DNA of 64,000 nt, from the IMG/VR virus record IMGVR_UViG_3300050491_000011; one strand, given 5' to 3'. The notes beneath the pieces were generated by a model. The model had not been told where the DNA came from. It saw only the letters and a list, made by a program, of their open reading frames with translations, and searched no databases. This document shows, piece after piece, positions 37,379 to 45,555 of this stretch (the stretch's first letter is position 1; each line of letters begins with the position of its first letter). Origin of the DNA: a virus (Duplodnaviria; Caudoviricetes). Made by a program: the position numbers and the translations under genes.

Positions 37379-37746
37379 AAGCAAATACGTTACCAGCTGT
37401 CGCCAACAAAACGATGATCGCTGTTCACAACGACTCACTCAACAGCTTCATTAATACCGAGGATCTATCAGAACACGTCAAGGTTCTATCAGGGATCGCG
37501 TTTGATTTCGTAGCAGCGATGCCAATCTGTCAATATGTTTATAACTGGCCGCCTGCTGAAATCATCCTCGATCGCTGCACCGGGAAGTCAAAGCTTTCCA
37601 CGTTATACAACGCTTTGTTCGATGAACTGTCTGAGAACGGATACCCAGTGTCTGTCCTTATGACCATGCAGGTTGTCCAACATGTCCCGAAACGATATAC
37701 CTTGCTTTCCGTACCACTCGCGTCGCGCCTCGGGAGCCTCCACTGA
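37369..37746 (+). CDS. Small hypothetical protein (array member)
   Basis: Overlaps the previous stop; 125 aa. Confidence 0.65.
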   Translation: MDMKANTLPAVANKTMIAVHNDSLNSFINTEDLSEHVKVLSGIAFDFVAAMPICQYVYNWPPAEIILDRCTGKSKLSTLYNALFDELSENGYPVSVLMTMQVVQHVPKRYTLLSVPLASRLGSLH

Positions 37747-38110
37747 TAAGGAGTTCATCGTTGTAGATATTAGCGACCTTGTTCGTGAGTTCTGCAATGA
37801 TGTCGACAGGCAGGTGGAAAGTCTCTCGTACGACATCGAAGGCATCATCAGACAGTATTCGGCTTACCGCCATGTAGGACGGTATGATGAGATCGTAACA
37901 GGTCTGTCAAACAAGTTCCTAGAGCTAGGTTGCGTAAAAGTTGAAGATGATGCGCCAATAATAGCAAGAGCTGCCCTCACGTTGTATCGTGCTATCACCG
38001 ACCATATTCGAGACTTAGAATACTTGGTCGGAGCAATCCACGATGTGAAGTTGAAGCTGAACAGTATCAACCGGCAGATAAGATGTAACGCAATCATGAT
38101 GGTTATCTAA
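37673..38110 (+). CDS. Small hypothetical protein (array member); start uncertain
   Basis: 145-aa ORF with IVVDISDL and a C-terminal IHDVKLKL. Confidence 0.6.
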   Translation: MSNMSRNDIPCFPYHSRRASGASTDKEFIVVDISDLVREFCNDVDRQVESLSYDIEGIIRQYSAYRHVGRYDEIVTGLSNKFLELGCVKVEDDAPIIARAALTLYRAITDHIRDLEYLVGAIHDVKLKLNSINRQIRCNAIMMVI

Positions 38111-38128
38111 CCAGTACGGAGCTGTTTC

Positions 38129-38494
38129 ATGAAAAACCACTGTATCGTAGGCTACAGTCCGGGGTTCTACGATTACCTGCAATCAGTGGGGTATCGTGAA
38201 GTCCCGGAACAAGTGTCAGCGGATGAACCGGACTCCCCTCTGGCCTCCATCGACACACAGTTCGTAAACTGGGAACGCGTTGAGTTCCTTGACTACCTGA
38301 CCAATTGCATGATCGGTATCGAGTCTATTGATCCGGATTATCGGGCTACCGTTGAAAGTCTCTATGAGGCTATTGATGACGATGATTTGAGACAACTGGT
38401 CGAAGAAGGTTCGATCGAAGATTTGATATTTAATGACCGAGGCTATTATCTGGCTCGGCTGGAGAGTGTAAATGCCCCTCAACGAATCTTTTAA
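38129..38494 (+). CDS. Small acidic hypothetical protein (array member)
   Basis: GGAG ribosome-binding site; 121 aa. Confidence 0.7.
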   Translation: MKNHCIVGYSPGFYDYLQSVGYREVPEQVSADEPDSPLASIDTQFVNWERVEFLDYLTNCMIGIESIDPDYRATVESLYEAIDDDDLRQLVEEGSIEDLIFNDRGYYLARLESVNAPQRIF

Positions 38495-38867
38495 AGGGAA
38501 GGTGCTCAGTTTCGAGCTGAGCTCTGGTATCCGGTATACGAACTACAAGCTGCTGGCCCTGCTCGATGTGGGGACGGTTGTAGCGGTGGGTTTCCAAGCA
38601 GCAGGGGAACATCACCAGAACTTCCCGTACATGCCAGCAGATACTCCAGATGACTTCACGGCGTATTCGTATGCCAAGTTCGTCGATCCGGAGAACAAGA
38701 TCCTGTACGTTGGCGTCCCGTGGATCAAGGAAGGTTCGATTACCGTCCTCGACAACGTCAACTACAACTGCCTGCTCCTGAACCCAACCGCTGCCGAGAT
38801 GGACACCTTCCGTTCAATCCTCGTGGCCTCTGGGTTCGAAGGACGATTCAAGCTCACCGTAGCCTGA
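38472..38867 (+). CDS. Conserved chimallivirus hypothetical protein directly upstream of the DNA polymerase
   Basis: GGAG ribosome-binding site; beta-rich, with VGVPWIKEGSI. Confidence 0.7.
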   Translation: MPLNESFKGKVLSFELSSGIRYTNYKLLALLDVGTVVAVGFQAAGEHHQNFPYMPADTPDDFTAYSYAKFVDPENKILYVGVPWIKEGSITVLDNVNYNCLLLNPTAAEMDTFRSILVASGFEGRFKLTVA

Positions 38868-38872
38868 TCACG

Positions 38873-38919
38873 CACATCCGCCAGCCGAAAGGTTGGCGGA
38901 TGTGTAGCGTCTTTTTTTT
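38873..38919 (+). terminator. Intrinsic terminator
   Basis: 14-bp stem with a GAAA loop, followed by a T-tract. Confidence 0.85.
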
Positions 38920-38976
38920 GTTTTGTTGAAAGATACAAACCGTGCCAACAATACGTAGAGTACCTCAGAGGTTTGA

Positions 38977-41109
38977 TTGATGGCTAACGATAACCCGTTC
39001 CTCTTACCAGTAGAGGAATACAAACGTGACATCGATGTCAAGAAAGGCTATATCCAACAGGTAGCCAAGTATCTTTCACTTCAGCTTAAACTCCCTTACG
39101 AGAACACGCTGAAGTACGTCCTTAAGAAAGTAGCTAAGGGCGGCATGTTTGCATTCAAAGATCCTGCAATGCAGCAGTTGATCAAGAAGGCTCGCGGTCA
39201 CCGGGTAGAAGATGAAACCACCTTCCTCGGTTATATCGAAGAGATTCGTGAGTCCGGCCGTATCGTTTCCCCGTCGCTGGTGGTTTACGAACGCCCAGAA
39301 GTAGAACGTTCCGTTACAGCTGAATGGCTGGACGATAACATCGCGGCTCGTAAGAAGTCGAAGAAGGCGATGTTTGAGTTGAAGCAGATCGGTGAACTGA
39401 TGAAGTCTGCTCTTGCGGACTATGATCAGAACGCCCGTAAGATCCGTATCAACTCAGTTTCCGGTATGCGCGGCTTTGAAGGTAACCCAATCTTCTTGGC
39501 AACCGGTCACTCCAGTCTGACATCTATGTGTCGGGCAGCAGCGGGGTACGGTAACGCCACTGTTGAAAGGTTCATGGCGGGGTCGAAGCATTACCATACG
39601 CCAGAGATAGCCAAAGCCAACCTGACAGCCATTACGACTATTGAGCAACTAAGTCGTGTCCAGTTGGTGATCGATGAGTACAACCTCGTCTATCCAAACG
39701 TGGATGACGTGGTAGCAATGGTTAAGCGTTCTGCCGAATTGTACTGGGACATTCCTCACGAGATGGAATTGATCCGCGGTATGGCAGAAGGGATGACTCC
39801 ACTGGAACGTGCCACCGTCTGCTACTCGGGCGACATGTACCACTTGGCTAAGTTCAACCCAGAAGTTGTTCGTAACCTGATGGGTGAGATGATCGCCATT
39901 AATATCGATGACATGGAAGACGTTGATACTGACGCCATCCTCATGACTGTCGATACCACGGCCATCGCTTACATCAACGCCCTGTGTGCAAACATCCTGA
40001 AAGGTAGTACGCACAAGCTGGTTAAAGAGAACAACCCGGCAGGGTGGCAGACCATCGGTCGTACAGCACAACGCTTTAAAGAGGCGTCTGCGAAGTACGC
40101 AACCCTGATCACTAACCTATTTGCGCCTAAGCATCTTCCGCCGACTGTAGCCGCTCTCAAGGGCATTCAGCGCCGTGTATGTCTGGCAGCAGATACCGAC
40201 TCCTCCATCTTCAGTACTGAATACTGGGTTGAGTGGTACACCGGCAGCATGAAGCGTGGGGAAGTAGAGGACCGTATCTGGTATCTCGCCACCTACATGT
40301 CGTGCCAGTGCATTGCGCACAGTCTGGCAATGTTGTCGGCTAACGTTGGTGTGGAACGTTCGCAACTCTTCCGTCTGGCAATGAAGAACGAGTACGCCTT
40401 CCCGGTGTTTGCTCTGACCAACCTTGCTAAGCATTACTTCTCCTTCATGTCCATGCGGGAAGGTAACGTTTACGAAGAGAATGAACTGGAGATCAAAGGT
40501 GTGGAGCTGCGTGGTTCTACTGCGCCTAAGCACATCTTGAAGGCGGCTGAGGAGATGATGGAGAACATCGCTACTCACGTCAACGAAGGTCGGAAGATGA
40601 ATGCGGGTAAACTCCTGCGGTTCGTTGCTGATCACGAGATCGAAACCATCCAGTCCATTAAGCGTGGGGAATACAAATACCTACGTTCTGCTCAGATCAA
40701 GCCGGACAGTAACAAGATGCTTCACCACGAACTGTGGCAAGAAGTGTTTGCTCCTAAGTACGGTGAATCTGTAGCGCCACCGTATCCATGCGTAAAGATC
40801 ACTTCTGAGTTGTCTAACAAGACTAAGACTCAGGAATGGTTGGCGGGTATGGAAGATCAGGAGCTGGCCAAGCGTATGGCAGCGTGGATGATCAAGTGGA
40901 ATCGTAAAGAGATCACTACCTTCTATCTGCCGACCATGGTTATCAAGAATGGTGGTCTTCCAATCGAACTACAGGAAGCTGCAAACGTCCGGAAGTTGGC
41001 CTACCAGATCAACTCAGGCTTCTACCGGATCTTGGAGTCTACTGGCCTTCATTTGGTGGATCGTAACAACTACCGTCTCATCTACGACTTCTTGGGACTG
41101 ACAGCATGA
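38977..41109 (+). CDS. Family B DNA polymerase, polymerase-domain subunit (phiKZ gp50-like)
   Basis: Motif B-like KIRINSVSG, motif C ADTDS, and IKGVELRGS. No N-terminal proofreading domain is apparent. Confidence 0.88.
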   Translation: MMANDNPFLLPVEEYKRDIDVKKGYIQQVAKYLSLQLKLPYENTLKYVLKKVAKGGMFAFKDPAMQQLIKKARGHRVEDETTFLGYIEEIRESGRIVSPSLVVYERPEVERSVTAEWLDDNIAARKKSKKAMFELKQIGELMKSALADYDQNARKIRINSVSGMRGFEGNPIFLATGHSSLTSMCRAAAGYGNATVERFMAGSKHYHTPEIAKANLTAITTIEQLSRVQLVIDEYNLVYPNVDDVVAMVKRSAELYWDIPHEMELIRGMAEGMTPLERATVCYSGDMYHLAKFNPEVVRNLMGEMIAINIDDMEDVDTDAILMTVDTTAIAYINALCANILKGSTHKLVKENNPAGWQTIGRTAQRFKEASAKYATLITNLFAPKHLPPTVAALKGIQRRVCLAADTDSSIFSTEYWVEWYTGSMKRGEVEDRIWYLATYMSCQCIAHSLAMLSANVGVERSQLFRLAMKNEYAFPVFALTNLAKHYFSFMSMREGNVYEENELEIKGVELRGSTAPKHILKAAEEMMENIATHVNEGRKMNAGKLLRFVADHEIETIQSIKRGEYKYLRSAQIKPDSNKMLHHELWQEVFAPKYGESVAPPYPCVKITSELSNKTKTQEWLAGMEDQELAKRMAAWMIKWNRKEITTFYLPTMVIKNGGLPIELQEAANVRKLAYQINSGFYRILESTGLHLVDRNNYRLIYDFLGLTA

Positions 41110-41324
41110 GTGATATCGAATCTATTGACATGTTCTCTGCGAATACCCAGTTCCCAGAAGCTGGGGATATTTGTGAACGCTTCATGGTTCAGATCTTTGG
41201 ATCGGTTGCGAAGATCATGGATCATATTCGCGATGAGATCGTGCGTGGCGAGAAGGCGGTGATCGGCATTGTTCTTAACCGTAAGGGTACTTCCATCGAG
41301 GAGTTCTTGGGGGTGAGTGAATGA
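41106..41324 (+). CDS. Hypothetical protein (72 aa)
   Basis: ATGA overlaps with both neighbours. Confidence 0.65.
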   Translation: MSDIESIDMFSANTQFPEAGDICERFMVQIFGSVAKIMDHIRDEIVRGEKAVIGIVLNRKGTSIEEFLGVSE

Positions 41325-41725
41325 GGCGGTACAGTGAACTACTGTTAAACAAACCTCTAGGTGATGGACCTAAGCCTCAGATCGATATGACCAAGGGCGG
41401 TCAGGGCTGGGTTCCTTGGCAGGCAGCGATGTACCCAGGTTCTAAGTTGTTCGAGTTGAAGGCTACCCACGGCCTTCCTCTCGATATAGCTGTGGACCGG
41501 GTCATCAATCTGGAGAAGCTTCGTATCGAATGGCCAAGCTTTATTGAAACGGCCAGGAAGAACGGGTGGTGGGATTACATGACGATCGAGGCTATGGAAG
41601 TAGCCCTGACGGATGCTGACGTAAACCGGTTGCTGCGGGATGAGATTATCCTTAGCGCCAAACAGTATATGTTGGCCAATCCAATCGATCTATCCACAGC
41701 TCTGGTCAGCAAGACAGGAGAGTAA
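41321..41725 (+). CDS. Small protein with an alanyl-tRNA-synthetase-like motif
   Basis: GSKLFELKATHGLPLD resembles the AlaRS G..AFKLYDTYGFPLD segment. Confidence 0.6.
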   Translation: MRRYSELLLNKPLGDGPKPQIDMTKGGQGWVPWQAAMYPGSKLFELKATHGLPLDIAVDRVINLEKLRIEWPSFIETARKNGWWDYMTIEAMEVALTDADVNRLLRDEIILSAKQYMLANPIDLSTALVSKTGE

Positions 41726-41727
41726 CC

Positions 41728-41859
41728 ATGTTGATGAACGTCCTCTTGGGGCCTGACGGCTTACCAGCCATGTCACCAGTTCCCGGTGTAACTGAAGTGC
41801 CACCAGAGCCAGAAGTAGCCGAGGAACCTACCGAAGAAGTTGAACCGGTAGACGAGTAA
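41728..41859 (+). CDS. 43-aa acidic, proline-rich micro-protein (absent from the ORF track)
   Basis: AGGAG ribosome-binding site at 41716-41720. Translation is MLMNVLLGPDGLPAMSPVPGVTEVPPEPEVAEEPTEEVEPVDE. Confidence 0.55.
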   Translation: MLMNVLLGPDGLPAMSPVPGVTEVPPEPEVAEEPTEEVEPVDE

Positions 41860-41862
41860 ACA

Positions 41863-41900
41863 GCATACAGAGCGGGGCAGTGCCCCGCTCTGCTTTATGC
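41863..41900. terminator. Bidirectional GCATA-hairpin-TTTATGC element
   Basis: GCATA-CAGAGCGGGGC-AGT-GCCCCGCTCTG-CTTTATGC between convergent genes. Confidence 0.75.
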
Positions 41901-42980
41901 CTTGGGCATGCGTTCTACAACCAGTCTCTGAAGCCGCTCATTCAAGAAAGAGGAGGCAGCTCCAGTAAGACCATTATCAAACGTCTTCTCTTCCTTGACT
42001 TGGATGAAGGTTCGTTTGAGGATGGTTGTTTCTGGGAGGATGCGGTCATATCCGCTCTTAGCAGCCAATGCCAACATCACCGCAACGGAATCCATCTTCT
42101 GCGCCATGAGTGCCCACTCTACTTGATAGGTAGGAGTCATGGATGGAAGACAAACGCTGTCGAGGTAGTTGCTGCCAAAGATAGTCGGAATAGAAGCCAT
42201 CATCTGCCCACCAGTCATTGCCTTACCCGATACCTTATTAAAGACATCAAAGATAATAGCCTGACCTTCAGCATTGACGGATGTCTGGCTGGATGGGAGG
42301 TTGGTCCTGACGCTACACTCTTCACGAATGTTTAGATCGACCATCAGCTTATTGAACAGAGCCACGTTCAAGTGACTCTTAACCATGTTCAGTAGAACTA
42401 CCTGAGTCAGGAAAGCTTCAATCAACTTGCCGGGGTTAGCTGCCTGCCACATCTTCCACTGTGCCGCTAATAGAGGAATGTCGATGTTGATGACAGCCAA
42501 GTCTGGCTTATCGATAGTGATGGAGTTCTTGACACCCAGCTCTACCATCGTCAGATCACTGATTGGATGGTTGACCACGGTTACTGCCTGAAGGTCCTTC
42601 CAACCACGCCACAGATCCATGACGGTGTAGGATTCATCCCGCGAATACAGGATGATCTCAGGACAACCCGGATAGAAGACGCCTTCTGTGAATAGGGTCC
42701 CTTTGCTGAAGCTGGAGGCAATCCCCAGACCTGAACACATTCGTCTGGCAGAGATCTCACAGTCAGACATGTACTTGACCAGATCCCCACTGAATTCCAC
42801 GTTGAGGCTGATCAGGATCTTGGACAATAAGTGAGAGCTGTCAACACGACCCGGATAACTGGTGCGCTCGGTTACGTACCGCTGGTAGTTCTCGTTAACC
42901 CGCCCACGCAGATAGTCCATCCGGGGGAAGGCAAACGGAGAATTCTCGAACCGTGTGGTTCTATTAAGTAGCTGATACAT
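41895..42980 (-). CDS. Conserved chimallivirus protein divergent from chmA (probable virion protein)
   Basis: 361 aa, on the opposite strand between the DNA polymerase and chimallin; synteny. Confidence 0.7.
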   Translation of the reverse strand: MYQLLNRTTRFENSPFAFPRMDYLRGRVNENYQRYVTERTSYPGRVDSSHLLSKILISLNVEFSGDLVKYMSDCEISARRMCSGLGIASSFSKGTLFTEGVFYPGCPEIILYSRDESYTVMDLWRGWKDLQAVTVVNHPISDLTMVELGVKNSITIDKPDLAVINIDIPLLAAQWKMWQAANPGKLIEAFLTQVVLLNMVKSHLNVALFNKLMVDLNIREECSVRTNLPSSQTSVNAEGQAIIFDVFNKVSGKAMTGGQMMASIPTIFGSNYLDSVCLPSMTPTYQVEWALMAQKMDSVAVMLALAAKSGYDRILPETTILKRTFIQVKEEKTFDNGLTGAASSFLNERLQRLVVERMPKA

Positions 42981-43144
42981 TTCAATGCCCCGGATAGATG
43001 GTTGCGTAAAAAGTTACACATGTTCACTATTATATAGTAGATCCCTCGAAGACACTCGTAACCCGAGTGTCTCGACAGCGTCTGCTACCCCTGCACGCTG
43101 TTTAGAGTCATTTTATTTGGATCGCGACCAACTTATTTTGGATG

Positions 43145-43215
43145 ATACATTACCGTCTAGCATATAGAAACACGCTGATGGATTTGAATCTAAAAACATT
43201 ACAGGTATACATTAC
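43145..43215 (+). promoter_or_regulatory. Three tandem CATTAC-type candidate promoters upstream of chmA
   Basis: ATACATTAC at 43145-43153, AAAAACATTAC at 43192-43202, ATACATTAC at 43207-43215. Confidence 0.6.
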
Positions 43216-43461
43216 CTTGATGAGTTTAACCATTAAAGATAAGGAACGTCGAATTGATCTAGGTAAAAAGTCACACAGCAACAGAATCTTAAGACCCGTA
43301 GCGTAAAGCCGATTAAGGTACATTCGGTTCAAGCCCGTGCTATTCACGACGGTGGGTATTGCCGGGAATCCCTGATAGCGATAAGGGTAAGAGTACCGTA
43401 ACGCCGTATTGGCACCATCGCAATAAATGTGTACACAAAAAATCTTTAGGAGAGCAGTACT

Positions 43462-45474
43462 GTGAGCAAAGAAAACGACGGCTTCGAAATGAAAGACGAA
43501 CCAACCACCCAACGCGCTGAAGCACCAGCTTCTGAGCGTCGCGAAGAACGCCGTGAAGAGCCACGCCGTGAAGAACGTAGCACCCGCCGTGATCGCGATG
43601 ATCGTGAAGAAGGCGAAGAACGTGCGTTCACAATTGCAGACATCGGCCGTACCCTGAACGTTCGTCCTTCGAGCGGTGGCCTGTCCGACGCAGCTCTGTC
43701 TGCTCTGATGACCGCGTTCGAGAAGAACAAGGCATTCGACAAACCGAACCTGCCTGATGCAATCAAGCGCGACCGTTTCAAAGTGATTCCGCTGGACGGC
43801 TCCCTGGCCAAGTCCTCGCTGAACTCGCTGCTGGTAACTCTGCCAATCGTCATCGGCGCTGGCAAGGCTACCCTGGTTTACGTTCTGACCATCGAACCAG
43901 CTGGCGGCCATGGCACTCGCAGCCAGGTCGATCGCGGTACGACCTACGACGCCATCGTCCTCCCTGAGGACCAACTGGCTACCAAGCCGTACAAACGCGC
44001 CATCGAAGATCAGGTCTCCGGCCTGAACAAAGATGCCAAGGTTGTGGTGATCGGTTCGCAAGTTCTGCTGTCGTCGGTTGTGGCGAAGCTGAACAAAGAA
44101 GAAAACAGCGCCGTCGTCGATCGTATCTTCGACAACGCCCTCGATGCACTGTGCGGCTATCGCGAAAACCTGGTCGACAAGGCCGGTGGTTCCCGCAACA
44201 GCGCATTCCGCATCAGCCCGAAAATGATCGGCCGCACCGGTCGTCTGGAAACCACCTGGAACTACAGTGGCCAGCCAGGCGAAGACAGCTCGGGTCAACC
44301 GATCCGTTCTGACTGCACCGGTAACCTGTTCTACAGCGAAGCCAGCAACGAAGACGACAACCAGTACGACCGTACCCCAATGGGCGAAATCCGTGCCGGT
44401 ATCGACCTCTTCCTGGCCGACAACCGTGAACAGCAGAACGGTCCTTCGTTCAGCCGTCGCCGCAAGTCGCAAGAAGATGGTGAACCGTTCATCCAAGCGG
44501 TATTGAACATCACCTCGATCGCGCCTGCTGCGAACTTCCCGTTCTCCCTGGAACTGGCGCTGCTGCTGTTGGCTCAGGCCAACCTGCAATCGAACGACTA
44601 CCGCTGGGCTTCCCAGCTGCGTCCTCGCACTGCAATCAGCAACCCAGACGGCACCGGCGTGATGAAGCCTACCAGCAACATCAACTGCCTGCACCTCTTG
44701 AATCCGAACCGCGACTTCGCCAAGATCTTCGACGACGTGTCTCCGAACATGGACGACAACGATCTGAGCGATTACCTCGCGTTCACCGTGTTCCCGAAAC
44801 TGGCGATCGGCATGATGATCCCATCTTCGGGCGAGAAGTCCTCGGTTCTGTCGATCTTCGAAAGCATCGCGACCACTCGCGATACCGACGTTGCTCGTCG
44901 CCACACCAAGACGCTGTTCGAAGCTGCCGACGTTCTGTCGGGTAACCGCTTCAGCCGCGCCTACAAGGACCTGGCTGGTTCCGTCGACGTAGCTCCAGTT
45001 CGTTCGATGGGTACTCGTCAACTGATCGGTACTTGGGTCGACACTCAGGGCAACCTGCGTGACCTGCGTGAATGGAACGTCCAGTCTCTCCTCACCGAAG
45101 TTGGCGAGAAGAACATCGATCTGGTGCAGGACTTCCAGTACACCTACGAAAACGACCGCAACACCGTGGACTTCTGCCTGGCAGAACGTCTGGGCTACCT
45201 CCAGAAGGTTGTTCCGGGCATCCGCGTTACCACCACTGCACCGCTGCTGGGCTTCGAGCCTGACTTCCTGGAAGCGCTGTCGCGTTCCCTGGACGCAGCT
45301 GACATGTCGAGCTACATGACTGCCGAAGGCGGTCTGAACACTCGTCGTCACGTTGGTGGCAGCGCCTACTCGCAGCTGGCAACTTCCGACATCGGCATCA
45401 GCCGTCGTCGTGGTTCCGACCGTACCACTGCCGATCGTGGCCGTGGCGGTCTGTTCGACTCGATCGACTACTAA
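43462..45474 (+). CDS. chmA: Chimallin, the major phage-nucleus shell protein (phiKZ gp54 / 201phi2-1 gp105-like)
   Basis: 670 aa with charged disordered N- and C-terminal tails and very strong codon bias. Has GTWVDTQGNLRDLRE and LAER motifs. Lies between the DNA polymerase block and the nvRNAP beta' gene, the canonical position. Confidence 0.88.
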   Translation: MSKENDGFEMKDEPTTQRAEAPASERREERREEPRREERSTRRDRDDREEGEERAFTIADIGRTLNVRPSSGGLSDAALSALMTAFEKNKAFDKPNLPDAIKRDRFKVIPLDGSLAKSSLNSLLVTLPIVIGAGKATLVYVLTIEPAGGHGTRSQVDRGTTYDAIVLPEDQLATKPYKRAIEDQVSGLNKDAKVVVIGSQVLLSSVVAKLNKEENSAVVDRIFDNALDALCGYRENLVDKAGGSRNSAFRISPKMIGRTGRLETTWNYSGQPGEDSSGQPIRSDCTGNLFYSEASNEDDNQYDRTPMGEIRAGIDLFLADNREQQNGPSFSRRRKSQEDGEPFIQAVLNITSIAPAANFPFSLELALLLLAQANLQSNDYRWASQLRPRTAISNPDGTGVMKPTSNINCLHLLNPNRDFAKIFDDVSPNMDDNDLSDYLAFTVFPKLAIGMMIPSSGEKSSVLSIFESIATTRDTDVARRHTKTLFEAADVLSGNRFSRAYKDLAGSVDVAPVRSMGTRQLIGTWVDTQGNLRDLREWNVQSLLTEVGEKNIDLVQDFQYTYENDRNTVDFCLAERLGYLQKVVPGIRVTTTAPLLGFEPDFLEALSRSLDAADMSSYMTAEGGLNTRRHVGGSAYSQLATSDIGISRRRGSDRTTADRGRGGLFDSIDY

Positions 45475-45500
45475 GTCGGCAGATGCGGTAAACTGACACG

Positions 45501-45536
45501 GGAGGAGGGGTTACCCCTCCTCCTGTTTCTTTTTTC
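45501..45536 (+). terminator. Intrinsic terminator after chmA
   Basis: GGAGGAGGGG-TTA-CCCCTCCTCC followed by a T-tract. Confidence 0.85.
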
Positions 45537-45555
45537 TTTATCTGCGAGAAGTGCC

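Noticed and set aside
43029-43034. TATAAT on the minus strand as a host sigma70 promoter for 41895-42980
   Set aside because: No TTGACA-like -35 at 17-bp spacing (GAGTGT is found there); probably chance in an AT-rich gap.
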